Positions 1 through 7,620 of a stretch of 12,575 bases of DNA are shown one piece after another. The position numbers were made by a program, and so were the translations under genes. The number at the start of each line of letters is the position of its first letter. Positions within the stretch are counted from its first letter, which is position 1. This DNA comes from Candidatus Jordarchaeia archaeon (GTDB lineage: Archaea > Asgardarchaeota > Jordiarchaeia > Jordiarchaeales > Jordiarchaeaceae). The notes beneath the pieces are model-generated. The model saw only the letters and a list, made by a program, of their open reading frames with translations. It searched no databases and was not told the origin of the DNA. The stretch is from positions 1-12,575 of the forward strand of contig JAHQXB010000017.1 in assembly GCA_029856435.1 (NCBI GenBank), given 5' to 3'.

Positions 1-418
1 AATGGGTTCTGGTGTTGTGGCAGTGTAATGTGGGAACAGGCTTTGGCGATGTTCTTTGTCGAAGACGAATTGTATAGTTTCAGTTCCTCCTCCGGCTTGT
101 TTGGCAGTGAGGAAGTGTTGTTAGCTGTCTATCGCGTGGATTAAATACTTTTCTGAGGACTTTTTTACTCATTACGGTAAGGGAGATGAAGAGTTGAGGA
201 TGTATATTATAAAAACATTAAAACCGATTATAGGGGCTGCTAGGTGAAAAAATTTGTAAGGAATACTCAGAAAAGTTTAAACGAGTTAGTTAAATATTTG
301 TGTTGTGGGTATATTTTTCACCCGGACGGCAAAGAATATTTTTCCAAAAACTAATGTTTATCAGTAAATAATTTTTATTGTGATGCAAAGAAAGTCTGTT
401 TGTTTGGAGAAGTAGAAA

Positions 419-1189
419 TTGGCGGAAGTAGCGGTAGTAACTGGCAATATGCGATTGTACTATAAGATTATTCAGGAATTGAGAGACGAAGGTATCCCTT
501 TCATTAGTGTGAAACCGGGCGAAACTATTCCCTCGGATATAAAGTGTGTTATAACATCAGATGTTGAGAAAAATACGATGGATCACCCAAAAGTTTTAAC
601 TGTGGAAACAAAAGAAACTTCCACTATTGTGCCGAAACTACGCTTTCTTTTAAACATGAACAATGATCCTATAAGTTTGGTTACTATTGGTGTGGATCCA
701 GGTAAAACTTATGGTTTGGCTGTGCTTGTTAATGATAATTTGGTTGATGTGTACAAAGCATTTTCCTCGAAAGGCGCCGCCAAAATTATTAGAAACGTTT
801 TAGAAACTTTTTCAGCGGTGAGAAAAATTATACGTATTGGGACAGGGGCGCCGCTTTACTATAAGCCGCTTTTAGAGCTTCTGAGAGGTGTGGATGCTGA
901 GTTAGAACTTGTTGATGAGTTTGAAACCTCAAGTGGGCCGCGGGTAACTAAAGACACCAAGGCAGCTTTAGCAATTGCGAAGAAAGAGGGATGTAGGCCA
1001 CAGGAATTTGAAAAGTTGCAGGAAATAAAGAAAGGCACAATTAAGCACATTCAGAAAATGAGCCGCCAAGCGTCTCACGGTAGGATAACGATTAATGAGG
1101 CTAATGCTCTGAAGGTAGCGAGAGGAGAAATTAGTCTAGATTTTGCTATCGCATCGCAAAAAAAGAAGGGTATGAGGAAAGATTCTTGA
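419..1189 (+). CDS. Conserved archaeal protein with a YqgF-like RNase H-fold domain (putative nuclease), 256 aa
   Basis: TTG start at 419 after GGAGA. Three YqgF/RuvX-like acidic motifs: IGVDPG, LVDEFETS and DTKAALAIA. C-terminal helical tail IQKMSRQASHGRITINEANALKVARGEISLDFAI. The stop overlaps the next start (TTGA, 1186-1189). Confidence 0.75.
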   Translation: MAEVAVVTGNMRLYYKIIQELRDEGIPFISVKPGETIPSDIKCVITSDVEKNTMDHPKVLTVETKETSTIVPKLRFLLNMNNDPISLVTIGVDPGKTYGLAVLVNDNLVDVYKAFSSKGAAKIIRNVLETFSAVRKIIRIGTGAPLYYKPLLELLRGVDAELELVDEFETSSGPRVTKDTKAALAIAKKEGCRPQEFEKLQEIKKGTIKHIQKMSRQASHGRITINEANALKVARGEISLDFAIASQKKKGMRKDS

Positions 1190-2469
1190 AGAGAACCGTT
1201 GAGGCAGGCCCAAACCAAACATTTCTTATTAGGGGTCCAGCAAAAGTTGAGGTTGTCAAGGGAGAGATTTCAATATTTGAGAATATTTTAGAGAAGGAGA
1301 AGAACATTGTTATCACTAAAGGTAAAGCGCTTCCAGTTAAAACTATTTCGGAAGCGGTGTTGGATGTTTATATTGATAATGATGAAGCTATTCAACCTCT
1401 TGAGGAAGCGTTTCCAAAAGAATGGATCGAAGCCATTCGCCTATTGGACAGTTTAAAGGTACCTGGAATAATAATTATATTAGGAACCGTAGATTCTGGT
1501 AAAACATCGTTGACAACTTTTTTGGCGAATCACGCTTTTAGGAAAGGGTTCAAAGTTGCCATAGTTGATTCGGACGTGGGGCAGAGCAGTATAGGTTTAC
1601 CTTGCTTTATCAGTATGGGAATTATGGAAAAGACGGTTTCTACACTATCTGAAGTTGAATTAAGGGAGGCTTATTTTGTTGGGTCGAATACTCCCTCTCG
1701 ATTATTGCACAGGACACTTACGGGTATAGCAGTAATGGTGAAAAAAGCACTAGAAAACGGTTCAGAAATAATCTTTATAGACACTTCTGGCTGGGTATAT
1801 GGGAGAAATGCCAGAGAGCTTAAGACATCACTAATCTTAATGCTACAACCTACAGTTATTATTGCATTACAGAGGGGGAGAGAAATAGAGCATCTATTGG
1901 CTCCATTTAACGGTTCTTTAAAGATTATTAGACTCCCCGCTCCTAACACTTACAAAAGAGATAGAGAGAATAGGAAATTCATTAGAGAAATTCTTTATCG
2001 AAAAGGATTGGAGGGGGGGCGGAATATTACTTTAAGTCTGGAACAAATTAGACTAAGGTACACTTTACTTGGTTCTGGTTCTAAAGCAAGTCCAGAAAGG
2101 TTTGAAGAGATAAAACAAGTATTAGGGCATATGCCAGTTTATGTGGAGGAATCCGAGGACCTGTTATACATAGTTTTACCAAACGGGGAAATTAGAATAA
2201 ATAAGGACATCACAGAGTTTCTAGAGACAAAAGTAGGTAAACCGGAAGTGTATCTCGTCCAAAAAAGAGATTTTGAAAATGTCTTAGCTGCCTTCCAAGA
2301 CCAGAACAACAAGCTTATTGGCACAGGCATAATCAGAGAAGTGGACTTTGAGAAAAACGAAATTACCTTCTACACACCAGTTGAAAAAGAAAAAATCAGA
2401 TTTGTGCAATTAGGACAATTGAAAATTAGCAAGGAGGGGGAAGAACTGGGGTACACAAAAATACTTTAA
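1186..2469 (+). CDS. clp1: Clp1/Grc3/Nol9-family polynucleotide 5'-hydroxyl kinase, 427 aa
   Basis: Walker A GTVDSGKT, family motif VDSDVGQSSIG, IDTSGW, basic lid KRDRENRKFIRE, plus N- and C-terminal beta-rich domains. TTG start overlaps the upstream stop. Confidence 0.9.
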   Translation: MKRTVEAGPNQTFLIRGPAKVEVVKGEISIFENILEKEKNIVITKGKALPVKTISEAVLDVYIDNDEAIQPLEEAFPKEWIEAIRLLDSLKVPGIIIILGTVDSGKTSLTTFLANHAFRKGFKVAIVDSDVGQSSIGLPCFISMGIMEKTVSTLSEVELREAYFVGSNTPSRLLHRTLTGIAVMVKKALENGSEIIFIDTSGWVYGRNARELKTSLILMLQPTVIIALQRGREIEHLLAPFNGSLKIIRLPAPNTYKRDRENRKFIREILYRKGLEGGRNITLSLEQIRLRYTLLGSGSKASPERFEEIKQVLGHMPVYVEESEDLLYIVLPNGEIRINKDITEFLETKVGKPEVYLVQKRDFENVLAAFQDQNNKLIGTGIIREVDFEKNEITFYTPVEKEKIRFVQLGQLKISKEGEELGYTKIL

Positions 2470-2526
2470 ACGAACCCTAGCTTCTACAAAGTACTCATAA
2501 ATTGAGGGGAAGAAAAGGTTGTCCTT

Positions 2527-3744
2527 CTACTTTCTCCCAATCCATCCTATTTCCTTTACTGTTTCTCCTGTTTCAAGAACCTCAATAGCCTTTTTTAATG
2601 CTTCCTTCTGGTCTTGCACCGTAACATCTCTGCCTCCAAGACCAGCTATGAATTCTAACACCTGTGGCCTTTTATCCTCTGTGTATAGAGCTGCCTTGAG
2701 TTCAGATGATGAAGCTCCGCCTTTACCTGGCGAAAGGTTTCTATCTATGACGGAAATAGCCTTAACATTCTTAGCAATCCTGCGAAACTCCTCATCCGGG
2801 AAGGGGCGAAAAACTCTCAATTTAACTGCTCCGACCCTATAACCCTCTTCTCTTAATTCATCAACAGCTACTATAGCTTGGTCAGCCAAGGAGCCCATAC
2901 ATACAATAATTGCATCTGCATCATTGCACTTATATTCTTCAACTAGGCCTCCGTGATATCTGCCGAATCTCTTTTTGAAATCTGAAGCTACCTGTACAAT
3001 TTTCTTTTTGGCGTTTTCTTGGGCCAAGTGCATAAGATACTTAAACTCATAAAACCAATCATCAGGATTTTGTAAATTTCCGTGGGTTATCGGATTATCA
3101 ATGTCTACTCTTATGTGTGTGGGATTATAAGGTGGCAGGAATGCATCAACCTCCTCTTGTTCTGGAATCTCTACTGGCTGAGAAGTGTGGCTAATAGTAA
3201 ACCCCTCGTAACAAACCATAACGGGCAAAAGAACTTCTTCATCTTCCGCAATTTTATATGCCTGTATTATTGAATCAAACGCATCTTGATGGTTAGCACA
3301 GTAAATTTGTAACCAGCCAGTGTCTCTCTGAGAAACTGAATCACCATGGTCAGCCCAAATGTTCCAAGGCGGCCCCAAAGCCCTGTTAACTATAGCCATA
3401 ACAATTGGTAAACGTGAAGCCGCCGCCCAATGAACCATCTCATGCATATAAGCCAAACCATGAGCAGAGGTCGCAGTAAACGTTCTCACCCCTGTTAGAG
3501 ATGCGCCAATACAAGCAGCCAAAGCAGAATGCTCAGACTCTACCCGCACAAATCTAGCATTTAACTCTCCACTCTCAACCAAATCCGATAATTTTTCCAC
3601 AACACCTGTTTGCGGCGTTAATATCCCCAAACAAGAAGATAATCCTGCTCAGATTGGATAAGCCGCAATAACCGCGGGTCTACACAAAGCAGCCGCATAT
3701 GCAGCCGCATAATTCCCCGTCGTTATTACAGTCTTCGCCATCAT
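2527..3744 (-). CDS. vorA: 2-oxoacid:ferredoxin oxidoreductase alpha subunit, VOR-like; two exons (3744..3654 and 3620..2527), 394 aa after splicing (393 aa if started at 3741)
   Basis: GGAGG precedes ATG ATG (3744/3741), which overlap the upstream TGA. The N-terminus [29 protein letters not shown] is in frame with [10 protein letters not shown]...VESEHSA...VNRALGPPW...SQRDTGW...RPFP...[19 protein letters not shown] and PPWxxWxD resemble Thermococcales VorA (from recall). The ORF-track start at 3630 lies inside the intron. Substrate specificity is inferred. Confidence 0.88.
3621..3653 (-). other. 33-nt bulge-helix-bulge intron in the vorA mRNA
   Basis: mRNA-sense sequence UCUGAGCAGGAUUAUCUUCUUGUUUGGGGAUAU, with an in-frame UGA at 3651-3649. 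Central helix AUCC/GGAU, 3-nt bulges AAU and AUU on opposite strands, 10-bp intron helix, and 9-bp exon helix with one bulged C. Cutting after the second nucleotide of each bulge gives CCA A|UA ACG CCG = P-I-T-P. Confidence 0.88.
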
Positions 3745-4670
3745 GATTCCTCCTTTTCTCTAACCAAACGCATACTTTTCTTAGGACAAATAGATACACA
3801 TATACCACAGCCTTTACAGTAGGTGTAGTCAATCACAGGATACCCCTCTTCGTCAACCGTCACCACATTCTCTGGGCAGAACATCCAGCACGAAAGACAT
3901 TTTGAACAGGTTTCCCGATCGTAAACTGGTTTGAAGACTCTCCACTCGCCAGTGATTCCCATACTTGCCTTCTCTGGTTTAGAAATGGGTATCGGTGTCA
4001 AATCCTTCCATGTTCGGAACTGGGAAACTCTTTCACGCTTGCAGACAGGCATGTTGCCATCAAGGTATAGTTCCCCTGGCACCACTAGTTCTATAGTTTT
4101 TTCAAAAGCCACCTCGACGGCTCTAAGATTTTTCTCGTCTTGCTTGCCACTAAATGTATCACTTAGAGCCTCCAAGACAGAATCTAAACTGATTAGACCT
4201 GTGGCTTTAGCAAAAGCACCCAGCATGGGAGTGGCAGAAAGTGCTAACCCCGCTACTTCTAAACCGAACTCGATGGAAATACTGGTAGCATCTACAGTAA
4301 AAACTTTAGCATTCTTGGGAAGTTTACCGATCTTACTGAAAATATCTGAGTTTCCCGGAGTGTTAATTACCAGGGTGCCACCAGCCTTCAAACCGTCTGT
4401 AATGTTGACCAGACCGGTCTCAAAAAGACTAAAATCAACTACAACAACAATATCTGGAGTGTACACATTGGAATGAATCCGAACTGGCTCCTTTGAAAAT
4501 CTTGTGAATGCCACCACGGGAGCACCACGCCGCTCCGCACCGAAAAATGGGAGTGACTGGACGCCCTTAAAGCCTTCGTGGAATGCTGCCTCAGCCAATA
4601 TTCTAGCGGCTGTAACTGTTCCAGCGCCGCCTCTTCCATGCCACCGGATCTCATATACTTTAGCTGGCAT
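3741..4670 (-). CDS. Fused gamma-delta subunit of 2-oxoacid:ferredoxin oxidoreductase, 309 aa
   Basis: Likely ATG at 4670 after GGAGGTG; the ORF-track extension to 4730 is unsupported. Gamma motifs [11 protein letters not shown] and [10 protein letters not shown]. Delta motifs [21 protein letters not shown] and [12 protein letters not shown] (2x[4Fe-4S]). Confidence 0.92.
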   Translation of the reverse strand: MPAKVYEIRWHGRGGAGTVTAARILAEAAFHEGFKGVQSLPFFGAERRGAPVVAFTRFSKEPVRIHSNVYTPDIVVVVDFSLFETGLVNITDGLKAGGTLVINTPGNSDIFSKIGKLPKNAKVFTVDATSISIEFGLEVAGLALSATPMLGAFAKATGLISLDSVLEALSDTFSGKQDEKNLRAVEVAFEKTIELVVPGELYLDGNMPVCKRERVSQFRTWKDLTPIPISKPEKASMGITGEWRVFKPVYDRETCSKCLSCWMFCPENVVTVDEEGYPVIDYTYCKGCGICVSICPKKSMRLVREKEES

Positions 4671-4971
4671 TTGCGCACCTCCAAAATGAGGTCTCCTTAT
4701 CAGATTATTTGGTTTACTAGCTTTACACAAACCAGTCCTTAAAACAGTTTTGGGTAATAAAATTTAACTAGTGTAAAAGAATACAAAACAGTATTACAAC
4801 TTAAAAGTTACGCATATAAACTGTAAAACAGAATATGTAATTCTCGTTACGCACTAACTTTTTAAGTAAAAACTCTTTTGTTTTTTACAACTTTCAAAAA
4901 TTTTCATACGCTTCTGCGTTTTAGAAAGTAGGAAAAAAGTTTTTCATGGCAAAATAAGAGGGAGCAAAAAT
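4671..4971. promoter_or_regulatory. Divergent promoter region between the gamma-delta/alpha genes and the beta gene
   Basis: AT-rich 301-bp gap between divergent starts. Contains TATA-like TATAAA (4815-4820), near-palindrome TGTAA-TTCTCG-TTACG (4836-4851) and direct repeat GTTACGCA (4807-4814, 4846-4853). The individual promoter elements are not resolved. Confidence 0.5.
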
Positions 4972-5883
4972 ATGTCAATAAAAGCATTACGCTCTGAAGC
5001 ACCTGAAGAATATTGGTTACCGGGAAATTCTTCGTGCCAAGGCTGCGGCTCAACACTTGCCTTAAGATGGGTCTTGAAGGCGTTAGGCAAAAAAACTGTT
5101 ATGGTTGTACCCGCATCATGCGCAAATGTTTATGTGGGATGGTGGCCTCGCTCATCTGCAAGTGTAAACTACTTTGACATGGCATTCGCCGCCGGTGGAT
5201 CCGTTGCCTCTGGAATAGTAGCCGCTCTGGATTACCTAAACAAAAAGGATATAAACGTAGTTGCATGGGTGGGCGATGGAGGAACAACAGATATTGGAAT
5301 CCAGGCATTGAGTGGCGCTGCTGAGAGGGGCACTAATTTCATTTATATTTGCTATGATAATGAGGCGTACATGAATACTGGTACTCAGAGAAGTAGTAGT
5401 ACTCCCTTGGGTGCTTGGACTACTACAACGCCTTTTGGTAAGGGACAGCAGAAAAAGAATGTTCCTATGATTATGGCAGCGCATAATATTCCTTATGTTG
5501 CAACTGCGTGCTCCAGTTATCCAAAAGATCTATATGAGAAGATAAAGAAGGCTAAGGACATAGAGGGCACTAAGTATATTCACATTTTGGCTCCCTGCCC
5601 CCCTGGTTGGCGTTTTGATACAGAGTTAACGGTGGAGATCGGCAAGTTAGCGGTGGAAACTGGTATGTGGGCTCTTTACGAGGTTGAGAATGGTGTATTC
5701 AGGTTAAGCAGTCCCAGCAAGCGGGTGATGGACCCGTCGAAGAGAAAGCCGATACAAGAATACATTAAGCTTCAAGGTAGGTTCAAGGGAATTACAGATG
5801 AGCAAATCCGAGAGCTTAAGAATTATGTCGACAGACAGTGGGAAAGGTACGGCAAAATGGAGGAAGGCTGCCCCGTATTTTAG
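4972..5883 (+). CDS. vorB: 2-oxoacid:ferredoxin oxidoreductase beta subunit (TPP-binding), VOR-like, 303 aa
   Basis: Cluster ligands CQGC, PASC and PCP. TPP motif GDGGTTDIG...YDNEAYMNTG. LRWVLKALGKKT and VVAWVGDGGT resemble Thermococcales VorB more than PorB (from recall). Confidence 0.9.
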   Translation: MSIKALRSEAPEEYWLPGNSSCQGCGSTLALRWVLKALGKKTVMVVPASCANVYVGWWPRSSASVNYFDMAFAAGGSVASGIVAALDYLNKKDINVVAWVGDGGTTDIGIQALSGAAERGTNFIYICYDNEAYMNTGTQRSSSTPLGAWTTTTPFGKGQQKKNVPMIMAAHNIPYVATACSSYPKDLYEKIKKAKDIEGTKYIHILAPCPPGWRFDTELTVEIGKLAVETGMWALYEVENGVFRLSSPSKRVMDPSKRKPIQEYIKLQGRFKGITDEQIRELKNYVDRQWERYGKMEEGCPVF

Positions 5884-5960
5884 CGCACCATTATCTTTTG
5901 TTACCTAAACGGGGCACATTTTTGAGGTATATTTATTAATAACAATTATGTATCGGAGTC

Positions 5961-5978
5961 TTGTAACAAAATTTACAA
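5961..5978. promoter_or_regulatory. Perfect palindrome TTGTAA-N6-TTACAA, candidate operator upstream of alba
   Basis: TTGTAA CAAAAT TTACAA read directly. A one-mismatch copy of the core lies at 4836-4851. Confidence 0.35.
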
Positions 5979-6110
5979 ATCGAACAAGTCTATCTCTTCA
6001 GTTATAATGCAGAGTTATGTCAACATTTGTGAGGTATTTGATCTTCAAATCAATCAGCGTTCCCTATACAAAAGTGAAAAAGGTTATAGTATCGTCAGAG
6101 GTGAAATATT

Positions 6111-6383
6111 TTGTCAGATGAAAATACAATCTTTATTGGGAAAAAAAGTGTCATGAGCTATGTTTTAGCCTGTGTTACACAGTTTAATAGGGGTAATAAT
6201 GAAATTGTTTTGAAAGCTAGAGGAAGATCTATTAGTCGAGCGGTTGACGTTGCAGAGATTTTACGAACCAAATTCATAACCGGTCTTAAAATTAAGGACA
6301 TTAAAATAGGTACAGAACAAATCACAGCTGCTGAAGGTGGAACTGCTAACGTTTCAGCTATAGAAATCACACTCAGCAAGTGA
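6111..6383 (+). CDS. albA: Chromatin protein Alba (Sac10b family), 90 aa
   Basis: [36 protein letters not shown] and [11 protein letters not shown] start with GAGGTGA upstream. Confidence 0.95.
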   Translation: MSDENTIFIGKKSVMSYVLACVTQFNRGNNEIVLKARGRSISRAVDVAEILRTKFITGLKIKDIKIGTEQITAAEGGTANVSAIEITLSK

Positions 6384-6678
6384 AAAGTTAAGCGTACAAT
6401 CTGAGTTTTTGAACATCTTTTATTTTCTATAATTGCTATAACTAAAATATCAAATCAGATGGGATTCCGTTCTCAACATTACCAAAAAAGCAGAAAAAGC
6501 CACTTTTGTTCTCTGTGAGAGAAGCTCTAGATGAAAGAAAAAAGGGTAAAATAAAATTTTTGGAGGAAACTATGTAATCCATCTGGTTGAGGTAAAATAA
6601 AAATTAAGGACCTTTATGAAGATACGTGTTTTGATGTTCTTGTTGGAAAAGTGTTAATTTTAGTTCTGGAAAGATTTT

Positions 6679-7617
6679 TTATACTTCAATGCTTTGGGTC
6701 AATTTTTCTAGAGCAATTAGCTCCTGCCATTTTTTATCAACGTAGTCTTGGATTTCCTGTATCATTTTGTCCTGGCGTTTTGGTTTGAAGAGATGTCTGA
6801 ATTTGCCCTGATATTTTAGGTATTCTTCTACGGGTCTCTTTTTAACAATATTTTTCGTTATTTTGTACTTTCCATTTTCCACTTCATACAGCGGCCAGTA
6901 GCGGGTAAGCACAGCCTCTCTAGCAACCTCTATTGTTAAGTCGGACTCAGTTCTCCAACCTCTAGGACATGTAGCCAAAATTAAAAGGAAGGAAGGCCCC
7001 TCAACCGAAACCGCCTTACGAACCTTTCTTATCAGATCCATTGGATACGCAGGGCTCGCAGTAGCTGCATAAGGGATTTCATGCGCCACAACAATTTTCA
7101 TAAGGTCCTTCTGAAAACGAACCTTACCTGGAACCACCTTACCAGCGGGGCTAGTAGTTGTCCATCCAAACTTGGGAGTGGCTCCACTCTGTTGAATACC
7201 TGTATTCATGTAAGCTTCGTTAGAGTAGCAGATATATGTAAACTTATGGCCCCTCTCTAAAGCTCCGGAAAGCGCCTGCAACCCAATATCATAGGTACCT
7301 CCATCGCCTGCGATGGCTATTATGGGGTTATCTGTTTTTGGGATTTTGCCTTTCCTTTGTAATACTTTTAGTCCTGCTTCTACACCTGCTGCAGTAGCAG
7401 CGGTGCACTCGAATGCAGTGTGTATCCAAGGCACACTCCAAGCAGTGTAGGGGTAGGGGGTGGTCGCTACTTCAACACAGTTAGTGGCATTAACGATTAT
7501 GGGTGGTTTATCAAGGGCGATAAATACTTGTCTTAGGGCTATTGCAGCTCCACAGCCTGAGCACATCCTGTGACCAGGGGTCAAGTATTCTCGTGCGAGT
7601 AAACTTTTCAGAGACAT
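6679..7617 (-). CDS. porB: Pyruvate:ferredoxin oxidoreductase-like beta subunit, 312 aa
   Basis: PGHRMCSGC, NATNCVEV...YPYTAW..PWIH.AFE, GDGGTYDIG, YSNEAYMNTG and TCPRGW. GGAGG RBS lies in the end of porA. Confidence 0.92.
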   Translation of the reverse strand: MSLKSLLAREYLTPGHRMCSGCGAAIALRQVFIALDKPPIIVNATNCVEVATTPYPYTAWSVPWIHTAFECTAATAAGVEAGLKVLQRKGKIPKTDNPIIAIAGDGGTYDIGLQALSGALERGHKFTYICYSNEAYMNTGIQQSGATPKFGWTTTSPAGKVVPGKVRFQKDLMKIVVAHEIPYAATASPAYPMDLIRKVRKAVSVEGPSFLLILATCPRGWRTESDLTIEVAREAVLTRYWPLYEVENGKYKITKNIVKKRPVEEYLKYQGKFRHLFKPKRQDKMIQEIQDYVDKKWQELIALEKLTQSIEV

Positions 7618-7620
7618 TTT

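Noticed and set aside
1-172. Possible gene fragment at the left edge (plus frame open 1-144; 30-codon minus ORF from 172)
   Set aside because: No recognisable motif in any frame, and the strand cannot be decided without flanking sequence.
3649-3651. In-frame TGA read as selenocysteine or readthrough
   Set aside because: Readthrough would leave 11 extra residues inside the invariant YPITP loop, and the position is not a Cys site. The BHB explains both the stop and the length.
3621-3653. Excised intron as a C/D-box guide (CUGA near its 5' end, AGGAUUA box-C-like)
   Set aside because: 33 nt is much shorter than typical archaeal C/D sRNAs, box C is degenerate, there is no C'/D' pair, and CUGA is engaged in the intron helix.
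3689-3711. Tandem GCAGCCGCATA repeat
   Set aside because: It encodes YAAAYAAA, the normal N-terminal helix of this subunit.
2527-3744. vorA as a pseudogene
   Set aside because: No other stop or frameshift, all motifs intact, partner subunits intact, and the single lesion is precisely removable.
6446-6577. Startless reading frame NIKSDGIPFSTLPKKQKKPLLFSVREALDERKKGKIKFLEETM, vaguely antitoxin-like
   Set aside because: Preceded by TAA with no start codon or RBS. It may be a gene remnant, but the resemblance is too weak to call.
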